A DNA stretch of 64,000 nt from Promethearchaeota archaeon (GCA_011364925.1 RDOA01000011.1:25478-89477), one strand, 5' to 3'; shown: positions 21,494-32,520, counted from the first letter of the stretch. The notes: generated by a model from the sequence alone, not told the origin. Numbers and translations are program-made.

Positions 21494-22642
21494 TCATTTT
21501 TGTTTAGATAGATATCTTATTTTTACAAGTAAATCTCGTATTTCCATTTTGTCATTTTCAGATGTAATATATTTCTTTTTTATTCCCTCTAATAACGGGA
21601 TAGCCTTAACTTTATTACCTTGTAGAGATACCATATGTCCAAATTTCTCTTCAAGAACTAATTTCATAGCAGCTAAACCAAAACGTAATCCAAGAATTCT
21701 GTCAAATGAATTTGGAGTTCCTGCTCGCATAGTATGCCCTAAAACAACACTTCTACACTCAAATTCTACATCATTCTTCTTAAACTCATTCATTAAATCG
21801 TCTCTTAAATTTAATTCGTCAACAATAATCTGAGAGATATTTAATTTAGCTAATAATGGGTTTCCAAATGAATCTTTAGGTAATTTATCAATTACTTCTT
21901 TTGATATAGTTTTGAAGTCTCGTTCTAATGATTTTAAATTAGGATAAGCGCCCTCAGAGGTTGCAATGATATGATAAGTATATCCAGAATCAACTCTTTT
22001 CTTTAAAACATCTACAATGTCCATTTCAAAATCAAAAGGAGTTTCAGGAATTAATATAATATCTGCACCAGCAGAAATTCCGCTATACATTGTTAAAAAA
22101 CCCGCATCTCTTCCCATTATTTCTACTACAAACACTCTTTGGTGAGAACGTGCGGTTGTTGTTAAATTATCTAACGCATTGGAAGCTAATTGTACTGCGC
22201 TCCAAAAACCAAACGTATAATGAGTACCAGCTAAATCATTATCTATAGTCTTTGGACATCCAACAATTTTAGCTTTAGCATATTTAAACATAGAATTAGC
22301 GATTCCAAGTGTGTCATCCCCTCCGATCGCTATTAAAGCATCAATGCCCAAATTTTTAAAATTCATTGTCAATTCCTTAGCTTTCTCCTCAACTGAACTA
22401 ACTCCTTTAAAAGGATTTGTCCGACTAGTATATAATAAAGTGCCTCCTACAGTGTGAAGATCGTCATGCTCAGCAATGTTTAGAGGAATTGTTTTATTTT
22501 CAATAAACCCTTTCCATCCTTTTAATATTCCTACGCATTCTACCCCTGCATCAAATGCTTTCAACATTATTCCATATATTACAGAATTCAAACCTGGGCA
22601 ATCTCCACCTCCTGTGAGGATTCCAACTTTTTTAACTGTCAA
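21494..22642 (-). CDS. pfkA: PfkA-family 6-phosphofructokinase, probably PPi-dependent
   Basis: TGGGDCPGLN, GGDDT, PKTIDND, EIMGR, VLGHTMRAG. Confidence 0.92.
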   Translation of the reverse strand: MTVKKVGILTGGGDCPGLNSVIYGIMLKAFDAGVECVGILKGWKGFIENKTIPLNIAEHDDLHTVGGTLLYTSRTNPFKGVSSVEEKAKELTMNFKNLGIDALIAIGGDDTLGIANSMFKYAKAKIVGCPKTIDNDLAGTHYTFGFWSAVQLASNALDNLTTTARSHQRVFVVEIMGRDAGFLTMYSGISAGADIILIPETPFDFEMDIVDVLKKRVDSGYTYHIIATSEGAYPNLKSLERDFKTISKEVIDKLPKDSFGNPLLAKLNISQIIVDELNLRDDLMNEFKKNDVEFECRSVVLGHTMRAGTPNSFDRILGLRFGLAAMKLVLEEKFGHMVSLQGNKVKAIPLLEGIKKKYITSENDKMEIRDLLVKIRYLSKQK

Positions 22643-22718
22643 TTATTTCATACCTTCCTTAATTTTAATTTTAAAAAAAATATATAATTAGAAATTATGA
22701 ATTATTCACTTATTATTT

Positions 22719-23288
22719 TTAATTCACTTCATCATTTTCAAATTTTTGGAATGAATATTTTGATTTGTCTTCCGGTAAGATATAACTTCCTCCCCCTAAA
22801 TCAGTTAATATTAGCGTGAATTCGAATTCTCCTTTTAAAGCTTTGCGCAGATTTCTTAAAATCTTATCAAGTTCATCTATTTCAGCGTCATCATTTTCGA
22901 GATTTTTGCGATAAATTGAAACTGCATTTTCAAATCTAAATAATACGCCTTCAATATTAGTATAATAAAAATCTGCGCTAGGACCTGGTTCCACACTTAA
23001 TTCTAATTCTGGGATTTCCAACCTACCTATAGGAGATCGATAAATTTTTGATTTTAAATCTTTTTCATTCGATACTTTTAAAGTTATTTTTCCAGGAGCA
23101 TTATTGGTTGTTAAAGGGATAATATCATTGTTAGAAAATTGACATTTATCACATTCAAACTTAATTAGTAACATTTTATCTCCATCAGAAACATCATAAA
23201 TCGTTTTAGTCATTTTTATTTTTCCTATTTTGCATGAAGGACAGATGAAAGAAAAGTCTATTTTATCACTAGTACGTTTTTCTTTCAT
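22719..23288 (-). CDS. ZPR1 zinc-finger protein
   Basis: CPSC...CDKC, IPELELSVEPG, TNIEGVL, D-x-x-GGSYI. Confidence 0.9.
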   Translation of the reverse strand: MKEKRTSDKIDFSFICPSCKIGKIKMTKTIYDVSDGDKMLLIKFECDKCQFSNNDIIPLTTNNAPGKITLKVSNEKDLKSKIYRSPIGRLEIPELELSVEPGPSADFYYTNIEGVLFRFENAVSIYRKNLENDDAEIDELDKILRNLRKALKGEFEFTLILTDLGGGSYILPEDKSKYSFQKFENDEVN

Positions 23289-23526
23289 TATTATTCACTC
23301 ACTAAATTATGGATGCAAAGTTCAAGCTACTATGAAAAATCATTAATTTCAGTGGTCTACTTATAAATTTTATTCAGAAATTTTTAATTTATTGCTAGTT
23401 ACTTTACCTTAGTAGTTCTATTTACGATAATTTTATAAGTTTTCCAAAAAAAAATACTATATTATAATTTTCGGCTATAAATGTAATCATAATTATAAGA
23501 TCGAATAAGTAAAAGGATGGAAAAAA

Positions 23527-24111
23527 TTGAAGGATAATGGAATAATAGAAATCACTTTTCATGGTCGAGGAGGTCAAACAGCTATAACCGCCAGTCAACT
23601 TCTAGCTCAATTGGCTTATGAAGAAAGTTTTAAAGACGCAATCGCAATTCCAATTATAGGTGCTGAAAGGAGAGGAGCACCAATTCAAGCATTTACAAAA
23701 TTGTCTCGAAATAAAATAATAAAGACTTATGATAGTGTAACTAATCCTAATTATATGCTTATTTTTGATCCCACTCTGTTAGATATTCCTAGGATTCTCG
23801 AAACGATAAAAAGCGGAGTTACATTATTGATTAACACTAAACATCCGATTGATACATGTGAATTTCCTGAAAACATCAAAATTTTTATTGTTGACGCAAC
23901 TGGAATCTGTATTAACTTAGGTTTTATGCACTCAAGTGGTCCCATTTTGAACATTCCAATGTTGGGGGCATTTGGGCAGATAACCAAATTTTATAATCTT
24001 GATACTCTTAAAAAAGTAATCTATAGCGAATTTGGAGAAGAAAGAGGTAAGAAAAATTTAGAAGTCGCTATAGAAGCATATAATAGTGTTAAGGAGGTTG
24101 AACTTATATGA
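23527..24111 (+). CDS. porG: 2-oxoacid:ferredoxin oxidoreductase gamma subunit
   Basis: EITFHGRGGQ, GAERRGAP, NIPMLGA. Confidence 0.9.
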   Translation: MKDNGIIEITFHGRGGQTAITASQLLAQLAYEESFKDAIAIPIIGAERRGAPIQAFTKLSRNKIIKTYDSVTNPNYMLIFDPTLLDIPRILETIKSGVTLLINTKHPIDTCEFPENIKIFIVDATGICINLGFMHSSGPILNIPMLGAFGQITKFYNLDTLKKVIYSEFGEERGKKNLEVAIEAYNSVKEVELI

Positions 24112-24446
24112 ACAAGGTGAAATGGAAGAACATATGTGAAGATAAAGATAAACGCCCTGAAGTTCAAGAGTACAAAAACTGGCAAGAGTTACCTCCAATT
24201 CCAATTTCACTTCCAATTAAGGGAAGTATTGGAACAACTGGGGATTGGAGAACATTCAAACCCGTTGTTGACCGAGAAACTTGTACAAAATGTGGTATAT
24301 GCTGGATGTATTGCCCTGAAGGTACGATCCTCAGAAATGAACAAGGAGAATTTGAAGTTGATTATATATATTGTAAAGGATGTGGCATATGTGCCAAAGA
24401 ATGCCCCACAAAAAGTATAGAAATGATAAGAGAGAGTGAAGTATAG
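24108..24446 (+). CDS. porD: 2-oxoacid:ferredoxin oxidoreductase delta subunit (2x4Fe-4S)
   Basis: TGDWRTFKP, CTKCGICWMYCP, CKGCGICAKECP. Confidence 0.93.
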   Translation: MNKVKWKNICEDKDKRPEVQEYKNWQELPPIPISLPIKGSIGTTGDWRTFKPVVDRETCTKCGICWMYCPEGTILRNEQGEFEVDYIYCKGCGICAKECPTKSIEMIRESEV

Positions 24447-24447
24447 T

Positions 24448-25704
24448 ATGGTAGAAGCACAACAAGATATTATTCAAAAAAAAGAAACAAAAATTATTAA
24501 AGGTAATATTGCAGCAGCTTACGCTGCGAAGTCAGCACGCGTACAAGTGATTAGTGCATACCCCATTACACCTCAAACAACTGTAGTAGAAAAACTATCT
24601 GAGTTTGCAGATAAAGGTGAGATGCCCGGAACTCAATATCTTAAAATGGAATCAGAACATTCCGTAATGGCTTCTATTATAGGTGCAAGTACTGCTGGTA
24701 CTCGCACTTTTACGGCAACTTCTGGTCAGGGTTTATTTTACATGTATGAGATGGTTCATTGGGCAGCGGGTGCTCGCTTACCTATTGTTACGACGATTTC
24801 ATCGAGAGGTCCAGCCCCTCCATGGAATATCTGGGCAGATTTTACTGATGTGATAAGTTGTAGGGATACAGGGTGGATGATTTCGTTTGCATCGGGGCAC
24901 CAAGAGATATACGATGATATATTAATGTCATATAAAATATGCGAAGATCACGATATCCTATTACCTAAATTCGTGGCTTACGGTGGATTTACTCTATCCC
25001 ATACATCAAAACCGGTAATTATCGAGGAACAAGAGGATGTGGACGAATTTTTGCCACCACTTCCTGATGAGAAAGGATGGCCTCACATTTTTCTTGATCC
25101 TGAGAGACCAATGATGCACGGGAACCTCATTATGCCATCTGGTTTTTACAATGAATTTAGGTTAAAAATTCATTTTACTCATACCTTAGCTAAGCAAAAA
25201 ATAAAGGATGTTTCTACCGAATTCGAGAAAAAATTTGGTCGATCTTATGGAAATGGTTTAGTTGAAGAATATAAAATGGAAGATGCGGAAATAGCTGTTC
25301 TTAATTATGGAGAACTCGCAATGCAGATGGAAGACGCAGTTGATGATCTTAGGAATGAAGGGTATAAAGTAGGGTGTGTAAAGCTAAGATACTTTCGACC
25401 ATTTCCTACTGAAGAAATAAGACAAATCGCTAAAAAAGTTAAGGTTTTGGGTGTAGCCGATAGGGCTACTGCCTTTGGTTCTCCAACTGGAGGACCTGTA
25501 AGCAGTGAAGTGTTAGCAGCTCTGTATGGTTCAGGAACGAGTACAATAATTTTACCAATCGTAATGGGTTTAGGCGGTAGAGAGGTAGGATTAGAACAGC
25601 AAAAAAATCAGTTAAAAGTATTGAATCATTTAAATGAAACTGGAGAGTTTCCTAAAGATATGATCGAAGGTACTTTCTGGGATGGATTATTGGAGGTTGA
25701 TTAA
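24448..25704 (+). CDS. porA: 2-oxoacid:ferredoxin oxidoreductase alpha subunit
   Basis: AYPITPQT, ESEHS, TATSGQG; ATG at 24448 directly follows the porD stop. Confidence 0.93.
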   Translation: MVEAQQDIIQKKETKIIKGNIAAAYAAKSARVQVISAYPITPQTTVVEKLSEFADKGEMPGTQYLKMESEHSVMASIIGASTAGTRTFTATSGQGLFYMYEMVHWAAGARLPIVTTISSRGPAPPWNIWADFTDVISCRDTGWMISFASGHQEIYDDILMSYKICEDHDILLPKFVAYGGFTLSHTSKPVIIEEQEDVDEFLPPLPDEKGWPHIFLDPERPMMHGNLIMPSGFYNEFRLKIHFTHTLAKQKIKDVSTEFEKKFGRSYGNGLVEEYKMEDAEIAVLNYGELAMQMEDAVDDLRNEGYKVGCVKLRYFRPFPTEEIRQIAKKVKVLGVADRATAFGSPTGGPVSSEVLAALYGSGTSTIILPIVMGLGGREVGLEQQKNQLKVLNHLNETGEFPKDMIEGTFWDGLLEVD

Positions 25705-25706
25705 AC

Positions 25707-26645
25707 TTGGTATCAATAAAAGAAGCATTAGAAATTGGACAAGAAGAATTTTTTTTAGCGGGAAACTCTACATGCGCAGGATGTGGGCTTGAAATCGCTT
25801 TAAGATGGGCTATGAAAGCTCTTGGACCAAATACAGCGTTAGTTACACCCGCGAGTTGTTTGAATGTTGTTGTAGGATTGTGGCCAAAGACAGCTCCAAA
25901 TTTTCCTTTCATGAATATGGCGTTTGCAGCTGCTGCCGCCGCTGCCACAGGAGTTTCTGCTGCATTTGAAGTAAAAGCTCATAGATTTCCAGGGAAAGTC
26001 TGGGAGAAAATGACCACACTGGTTTTCGCTGGTGATGGTGGTACAACAGATATTGGAATTCAAGGTTTAAGCGGCGCAGCTGAGAGAAACTCTAATATTA
26101 TATACTGCTGCTATGATAATGAAGCGTATATGAATACAGGGATTCAAAGATCATCAAGTACACCACATGGTGCGATTACAACAACAACCACTTTAGGAAA
26201 GGAGAGATATAAGAAAAATTTACCTCGAATAATGGCCGCACATGATCTTCCTTATGTTGCAACTTGTTCTGTTAGTGAACCACTAGACATATACGAGAAG
26301 TTTAAAAAAGCGAAATCGATTGAGGGGTGTAAATATATACATATCTTAGCATCTTGTCCTCCTGGATGGGGTATTGCTTCTGAAGAATCTGTGGAAATCC
26401 CAAGATTAGCTGTTAAAACGGGTTCTTGGATTTTATATGAAATTGAAAATGGTGTTTTGAAATTATCAAAAAAGAGCAAGCCGTTATTAGACCCCTCAAA
26501 AAGAGCTCCTTTAATTGACTACTTGTCGAGACAAAAACGATTTTCAAAATTATCAGAAAAAACTCTGATTGAACTTCAGGAGAGACTCGATCTAGAATGG
26601 TCCAAACTTGCTGATGAGTTATCTTGCCAAGAACATAATCAGTAA
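25707..26645 (+). CDS. porB: 2-oxoacid:ferredoxin oxidoreductase beta subunit
   Basis: CAGCG, GDGGTTDIG, DNEAYMNTGIQRS, CPPGW. Confidence 0.93.
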   Translation: MVSIKEALEIGQEEFFLAGNSTCAGCGLEIALRWAMKALGPNTALVTPASCLNVVVGLWPKTAPNFPFMNMAFAAAAAAATGVSAAFEVKAHRFPGKVWEKMTTLVFAGDGGTTDIGIQGLSGAAERNSNIIYCCYDNEAYMNTGIQRSSSTPHGAITTTTTLGKERYKKNLPRIMAAHDLPYVATCSVSEPLDIYEKFKKAKSIEGCKYIHILASCPPGWGIASEESVEIPRLAVKTGSWILYEIENGVLKLSKKSKPLLDPSKRAPLIDYLSRQKRFSKLSEKTLIELQERLDLEWSKLADELSCQEHNQ

Positions 26646-26690
26646 AGAAACATTCATAATATTATTAAGCTATAATTTAAATGAATCCAT

Positions 26691-27359
26691 ATGGGTTTTT
26701 TAATAAAACTTAAAGGAAAAAGTATTGGAGATTTGGATTTCATTTTTGAGATTGCAATCGAGAACATTATTGAAGGTAAATTAATTGCCTTTCCAACTGA
26801 TTCAGTTTACGGTTTAGGGGGAGATCCTCTTAATCTTGAATTGATAAATAGAATTTATGAAATTAAGTATCGAGATCGATCTAAAAGTTTATTATTATTA
26901 GTTGCAGATATTGAAGAAGCAGAAAAGATCGCTGTATTTAACAAAACAAGTTATAAGTTAGCAGAACACTTCTGGCCGGGGCAGTTAACGCTGATATTAA
27001 AAAAAAAAGAGCCTAATATGATTCCACCGGAGGTTACAGCTTTTAAGAATACAATCGGTATTCGAGTTCCAGAAAACGAGATCATTCAATCTTTATTAAG
27101 AAAGTTAAGGTCAAAAGGATATTTTGGTGGATTAATCGGAACATCAGCAAACTATTCTGGAGAACCTCCTTCAATAAGCGGGGATGAGGTTGCAAAGAAA
27201 TTTTTATCACCAATTGATTTAATACTTGATGGGGGTAAAACAAAGTCACAAGTTTCGACAACAATCCTTGATTGTTCATCAGAAAAGTTAAAGATCTTAA
27301 GATTAGGAATTATAGGACAAGATCAAATTGATGATATAATTAAATCATCGAATGAATAA
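26691..27359 (+). CDS. sua5: L-threonylcarbamoyladenylate synthase (single-domain YrdC/TsaC type)
   Basis: AFPTDSVYGL, KYR, FWPGQLT, GIRVP, TSAN, STTILD. Confidence 0.93.
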   Translation: MGFLIKLKGKSIGDLDFIFEIAIENIIEGKLIAFPTDSVYGLGGDPLNLELINRIYEIKYRDRSKSLLLLVADIEEAEKIAVFNKTSYKLAEHFWPGQLTLILKKKEPNMIPPEVTAFKNTIGIRVPENEIIQSLLRKLRSKGYFGGLIGTSANYSGEPPSISGDEVAKKFLSPIDLILDGGKTKSQVSTTILDCSSEKLKILRLGIIGQDQIDDIIKSSNE

Positions 27360-27375
27360 CTAAAAGGGGGTCATT

Positions 27376-27906
27376 TTGAATAATTTCAACTTGTTGGTTT
27401 CAACATCAAGATTCAATGAAGTAAATGCAAAAGCAGAGCTTTGGTTTATTTTGTTAATATGTGGTGATAATTATCCCGTAATCTCAGGAATTAAGTATCC
27501 AGGTTTAATAACCGCAGCAACTAATATCGACAATAAAGAAGTTATAAAAAAGATCAAAAATCTACTTGTCAAGGATCCAAATTTCTTCCAATTCATTCTA
27601 AAGATCATTCCTATTGACTATGTTTGTGAGACTAAAATACAAATTATAAAAGAAATAGTAGAAAAATATTATCCTCTTTATTTAGAAAAGTCAAATTCTT
27701 TCAAAATCGAATTGAATCGTAGAAAAAACGAAAAAATTGAAAGAGATGTAATTATTGAATCAGTAGCAAAAAATATTGTTAATCGCGTTGATTTAGACAA
27801 TCCTGACATTATTCTAAGGATTGAATTACTTGGAAATATTTGTGGGATCTCCTTTTTAAGACCAGATGAAATTATTAAAATTTCAAATAAAATGAGTCAG
27901 CTTTAA
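27376..27906 (+). CDS. THUMP-domain protein
   Basis: KIIPID, SFKIELNRR, VDLDNPD. Confidence 0.88.
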   Translation: MNNFNLLVSTSRFNEVNAKAELWFILLICGDNYPVISGIKYPGLITAATNIDNKEVIKKIKNLLVKDPNFFQFILKIIPIDYVCETKIQIIKEIVEKYYPLYLEKSNSFKIELNRRKNEKIERDVIIESVAKNIVNRVDLDNPDIILRIELLGNICGISFLRPDEIIKISNKMSQL

Positions 27907-28559
27907 TAAGAGCTCCTCTTATCTAAACTTAACAATACCATTTTTTCACATATCAAATCATTCAGTGCCTTAAATAAGCTCTGTAGATTGACTTGTTCTG
28001 CGTATATTTCGCTCTCATCTATACCATATGACTTTAAGATAACTAATATTTGGTTATTAGAAAAACCGAAGTAATCTTTAATTATTTTATATTTTTCTTC
28101 AGAATTGTCTTCAAAATTTATATCTAATTCCTTGAAATTCAAATGCTTATTGATTTCCATTTGAATTTGATCAATATTATTTTTTGGAGTAATGATACAA
28201 TAACTAATTCTTCTATTTCGCAAATTGTTTTCAATTACCCCAAAATCTTTAAGGCTTATTTTAATTTGTCTTTTAGCAGCTAAATATAAGAAAAATTCTA
28301 GATTCTTCTTATTTGAAATATTAGCATTTATATGGAAAGCTTTTTGGACAAAATAACAAGCATGTAATATATGCTCAATATTTAAAATATGCTTTTCATT
28401 AAAAAATTGTAATACTGTGTCTTTATGTAAATCTTGTACACTCTCGATTAATTTAACTAAATCATTTATTCGAACTTCATCAGGATTGATTTCAATCTGG
28501 TTAATTCCTACATAATAATCAGACACACCATGAGTTCCCTTAATAGAATAAATCTTCAT
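27903..28559 (-). CDS. cgi121: KEOPS subunit Cgi121
   Basis: EFFLYLAAKRQIKISLKDFG motif; ATG at 28559 overlaps the ecfT stop (ATGA). Confidence 0.85.
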   Translation of the reverse strand: MKIYSIKGTHGVSDYYVGINQIEINPDEVRINDLVKLIESVQDLHKDTVLQFFNEKHILNIEHILHACYFVQKAFHINANISNKKNLEFFLYLAAKRQIKISLKDFGVIENNLRNRRISYCIITPKNNIDQIQMEINKHLNFKELDINFEDNSEEKYKIIKDYFGFSNNQILVILKSYGIDESEIYAEQVNLQSLFKALNDLICEKMVLLSLDKRSSY

Positions 28560-29332
28560 AAAGGTAAACTCCATTTAAACCATAGTGGCATTAACACATA
28601 GTTAATTCTAATATATATTAAAAAAATTGTTAATAGAATCAAACAAATCGAAAATATCCAATCTTTTAAAGAGAACTTGATCATATAATAAAAAGTGCGT
28701 TCTTTTTGATTACCGAAGGATCGAGATTCTAAAGCTTCAGCGACATTAAAAGCTCTTTTAATAGAACTTATAATTAATGGAACTAAAAGAGGAAAGAGAT
28801 TTTTAATTTGATTAACAACCCCTTTTTTTTGCATTTCATACCCTCGACTCTGTTGCGCGTCGATGATATTTTGGGTTTCAATTGCAATAGTAGGGACAAA
28901 TCTAAACGCTAGAGAGAAGGAAAATGCATACTCATAAGGAATTTTCATAGTAATAAGAGACAAAGCTAAATCGTTAGGATCTACTGTTAAAAAAAACAAA
29001 GAAAACGCGGAAATCATTATCGAAATTCTAAGTATCATAGCAATCGCAAAGGAAAATCCGTATACATTTATAAATAGAGTGTTGAGAATAATTATAAAAA
29101 TATAAAGAAAAGCCATACCTTTTACGCTCTTCAGCCATTTTTTAAACAATTTTCCAACTATGATTATTGGAAGTAATGTAATTAATATGCATAATAAGGG
29201 AATTATTTCTTGAAACAAAAAAGCGTTAATTGTATAAGTTATCGCTAGTAATAATTTGGTTCTTGGATCTAATCTATGTAAAAAAGTATCCTTCTTTAAA
29301 AATTTAAAAGCACTCAAAAATTCTAAAGACAT
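28556..29332 (-). CDS. ecfT: ECF transporter transmembrane component T
   Basis: LHRLDPRTK, AFRFVP, AQQSRG, ALESRSF. Confidence 0.93.
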   Translation of the reverse strand: MSLEFLSAFKFLKKDTFLHRLDPRTKLLLAITYTINAFLFQEIIPLLCILITLLPIIIVGKLFKKWLKSVKGMAFLYIFIIILNTLFINVYGFSFAIAMILRISIMISAFSLFFLTVDPNDLALSLITMKIPYEYAFSFSLAFRFVPTIAIETQNIIDAQQSRGYEMQKKGVVNQIKNLFPLLVPLIISSIKRAFNVAEALESRSFGNQKERTFYYMIKFSLKDWIFSICLILLTIFLIYIRINYVLMPLWFKWSLPL

Positions 29333-30208
29333 CTATGCATCTCCCTCTTTTAATTTTATTGATTCAATGTTTAGACGACTTGAAAGAAAGTCAACAATTT
29401 CGTGTTCTTTAATGAGTTCTTTAGGGATGATAATACCTATTTTTTCCAATTCTTTCTTGAGTAAATATAATTGTGGTAAAATTAACGATGATTTTGATAT
29501 AATAAACTCATTAGTGAAGATTTTTTGCGTCGGACCATCAGCAATTATCCGTCCTGCTTCCATCAAGATTGTTCTTGGAACATATTCGACTGTGAATTCA
29601 ATATTATGGGTTACCATTATTATTGTTTTGCCCCGTTCTAACTCTTTCCTTACTAGTTCAAGGAAAAACTTAATTTCTTTAGCATCTTGACCTAATGTTG
29701 GTTCATCAAACACAATAATATCAGGATCGCGACAAAGAATTGATGCTATAGCCAATTTTTTTGATTCTCCTCCTGATAATGTTAATGGTGATCTCTTGCG
29801 AAATTTTTCAAGGTCAAATTCATTCAGTATTTGGTTTATTTTAAATTGAATTTCGGCTTTATCTAAATTTAAATTTTTCAATGAAAATTTAATTTCATCT
29901 TCTATTGTGTTAGAAAATAATTGGTGCATTGGATTCTGGAAAACAATTCCAACCTTTTTAGATATCATTGCTATAGTTTTTAAGGCTATATTTTCTCCTT
30001 CTATAAAAACACTTCCTCTTGTAGGTCGAATTAAACCGTTGAGTGTACGAATTAATGTAGTTTTTCCTGCTCCATTTTGTCCCATAATTGCTACAAATTC
30101 GCCTTGTTTAATATTTAACGAAACTTGCTTTAGAGCTACTGTCTCATTCGAATACATGAAATCGACGTTATGAACCATGATTATGGGTAATAATTTATTA
30201 TACTTCAT
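29333..30208 (-). CDS. ecfA2: ECF transporter ATPase A'
   Basis: GQNGAGKT, VFQNP, LSGGE, FDEPT, VTH. Confidence 0.9.
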   Translation of the reverse strand: MKYNKLLPIIMVHNVDFMYSNETVALKQVSLNIKQGEFVAIMGQNGAGKTTLIRTLNGLIRPTRGSVFIEGENIALKTIAMISKKVGIVFQNPMHQLFSNTIEDEIKFSLKNLNLDKAEIQFKINQILNEFDLEKFRKRSPLTLSGGESKKLAIASILCRDPDIIVFDEPTLGQDAKEIKFFLELVRKELERGKTIIMVTHNIEFTVEYVPRTILMEAGRIIADGPTQKIFTNEFIISKSSLILPQLYLLKKELEKIGIIIPKELIKEHEIVDFLSSRLNIESIKLKEGDA

Positions 30209-30219
30209 AGCTAGTTAAG

Positions 30220-31059
30220 TTATATCATTGATTTTATTATTTTTATTGCATCTGGGATCGAAACAGGAATATCATGCTTAAATTGGTTTCTTTTTCTTAA
30301 TTCATTAAAGACTGAATAAATTTTCGGCTTATTAACATTCAAATTCTTAAAAGTGTCAGAATTAATAATTTTATCCTTAACGCCATAATCTAAAACCTCT
30401 CCACCTTTCATTAAAATAATATCATCTACGATTGGCAAAATTAAATCCATCCTATGTTCGCTAATTATAATGGTTATGCCTTTTTCTACTTGAATCTTTT
30501 TTAAGAGAGCAAGTATTTTCTTAGCGAATAATGGGTCCAGATTAGCAGTTGGTTCATCTAATACTATGATGTTAGGTTCAATCACTAAGATTGATGCGAT
30601 TGCAACGCGTTGTTGTTCTCCACCACTTATTTCAAAAGGAGCTTTATCTAAAATATCCTCAATTTCAGTTAATTTTATAGTCTCGTCAATTTTTTGTCTT
30701 ATCTGCTCTCTTGGAATTCCAAGGTTTTCCAAACCGAACGCTATCTCGTGTTCTACATTCATAGCTATTAGTTGATTCTCTGGATTTTGGAAAACTATTC
30801 CCACATCATTAGATAATTCAGATATAGTCGTTTCATTAGTATTTTTACCTGAGACTTCCACGAATCCTTTATAGTAACCTGCATAAAACTGGGGAATTAA
30901 CCCATTTAAGCATCTAATCAATGTTGTTTTTCCAGATCCGGTTTCCCCAGCCAATAAAATAAATCTATTTTGCTTTATTTCTAAATTAATATTCTTAAGC
31001 GCATACTCATCGTTTCCTTTATATCGAAAGTGAAAATTATTAAATTTGATCAAACTCAT
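30220..31059 (-). CDS. ecfA1: ECF transporter ATPase A
   Basis: GETGSGKT, VFQNPENQ, ISGGEQQR, LDEPT, SEH. Confidence 0.9.
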   Translation of the reverse strand: MSLIKFNNFHFRYKGNDEYALKNINLEIKQNRFILLAGETGSGKTTLIRCLNGLIPQFYAGYYKGFVEVSGKNTNETTISELSNDVGIVFQNPENQLIAMNVEHEIAFGLENLGIPREQIRQKIDETIKLTEIEDILDKAPFEISGGEQQRVAIASILVIEPNIIVLDEPTANLDPLFAKKILALLKKIQVEKGITIIISEHRMDLILPIVDDIILMKGGEVLDYGVKDKIINSDTFKNLNVNKPKIYSVFNELRKRNQFKHDIPVSIPDAIKIIKSMI

Positions 31060-31099
31060 ATAATCAGATTTCCATACTTCTTTTAATTTATAAGGAAGA

Positions 31100-32095
31100 T
31101 TAATTAATTAAAGTTTTTTTTATCTTGTCTATTAAATGGTTGAGGGTTTTTTCTGAATCATTTCTACCATTCAATGTTGCAGCACCTTCATGTCCACCAC
31201 CACTCACATCATCTATTTCGCTAACAATTTTACCTAGGTGTAAACCAGTTTTTAAACGGATTTGTTTTTTAGCTCTAGTTGTAATTCTAAAACCAGCTTT
31301 TTCTTCTGTTATTACAATTGCTACGTCGAATCCAATCCTCGTTAGAAGTGCAGCCGCAGAAGCGGTAAAGCTGCTAAGGTGTGAAATTCCAACTAACCAT
31401 TCGTTAATTCGAATTATTTTAACTCTTTGGAGTGCTTTGATTTGTGCAATTTTCTCTGAAATGTCTCGATCTTTTTCTAATAACAGTAATATATCTTGAA
31501 TCTCAACCTCATCATTTACAAGATTTGATAGGTGTTTTATAGTTCTATTATTTCCATGTTTGAGGAATCCTGAATCTGCTAATATTGCCGATATAAGGAG
31601 ATATCTATACGGAATTGGAATGTATATTCTGTGATCTTCAAAAAACTCTACTACTATTTCTGATGTAGAAGAATAATTATCATGAATCAAATTGAGTGAT
31701 AAAAGATTATTTGGATAATTTTTCTGTAGATTTAAATGATGGTCTAAGAAGACAAAAGGAATATCTAAATTTGATTTGTCAAAAAGCTTTACTTGATCTA
31801 AATTATTCGTGTCTAGAATTACTATCACATCGATATCTAAGCTTTCTTTACCAATTTGAATGTCAAAATCAAAATCAGGAAATTTCCGACTGAAATTTTC
31901 TAAATAACTTTTAGTTTGTTTAGATAATTCTGAAAAAGTTACATATATCTTTTGATTTGGATAAAAATTTTTAAAAAAGAGCCTTAAAGCTAAACTGGAT
32001 ATAAATCCGTCAAGATCAACTAAATCATGAGATGTTATTAAAAAATTTTTTCCTTTTAAATACTTTAAAATTTCATCTCTCTTAGAAGTATTCAT
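31100..32095 (-). CDS. DHH/DHHA1-family phosphoesterase
   Basis: H...DLD, ILDT, LDHH, DSG, GGGH motifs. Confidence 0.9.
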   Translation of the reverse strand: MNTSKRDEILKYLKGKNFLITSHDLVDLDGFISSLALRLFFKNFYPNQKIYVTFSELSKQTKSYLENFSRKFPDFDFDIQIGKESLDIDVIVILDTNNLDQVKLFDKSNLDIPFVFLDHHLNLQKNYPNNLLSLNLIHDNYSSTSEIVVEFFEDHRIYIPIPYRYLLISAILADSGFLKHGNNRTIKHLSNLVNDEVEIQDILLLLEKDRDISEKIAQIKALQRVKIIRINEWLVGISHLSSFTASAAALLTRIGFDVAIVITEEKAGFRITTRAKKQIRLKTGLHLGKIVSEIDDVSGGGHEGAATLNGRNDSEKTLNHLIDKIKKTLIN

Positions 32096-32111
32096 AAATC
32101 TTCCAAATTAG

Positions 32112-32468
32112 TTATTTGGATTGAAGATCTGCTTGAAGAGATTTCTGCATATTCTCAAAAGTGCTTTTGGTTCTCTCAATTTTTTGAGCCAAAGTAGTAG
32201 AACGCATAGACAAAATTTCTTTATCAGATTTTTTTTCGTCTAATAACTTATTTCTATCACTTTTAACCAAAATACCACCAATCTGCTTATATACAACTGT
32301 ATCCGGACTAGCTTTCTCCAACTCTTCTAAGGCCAATTCCGTTTCTCTTATGGAACTATCAATTTGCAGCTTTTGTTGGGTAAGTAGTTCTAAGGATTGT
32401 CCTAACTGAGTTAAATTTTGAAATTTCTTTTTAGTTTCTTCATCTAACTGGTCCAAATTTATTGTCAA
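32112..32468 (-). CDS. pfdB: prefoldin beta subunit
   Basis: Coiled coils flanking the VYKQIGGILV hairpin; superoperon position. Confidence 0.92.
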   Translation of the reverse strand: MTINLDQLDEETKKKFQNLTQLGQSLELLTQQKLQIDSSIRETELALEELEKASPDTVVYKQIGGILVKSDRNKLLDEKKSDKEILSMRSTTLAQKIERTKSTFENMQKSLQADLQSK

Positions 32469-32520
32469 TGAATATCACATATTAGTTTTATAACAAGAAA
32501 TGTAGTTTGAAATATGAAAT

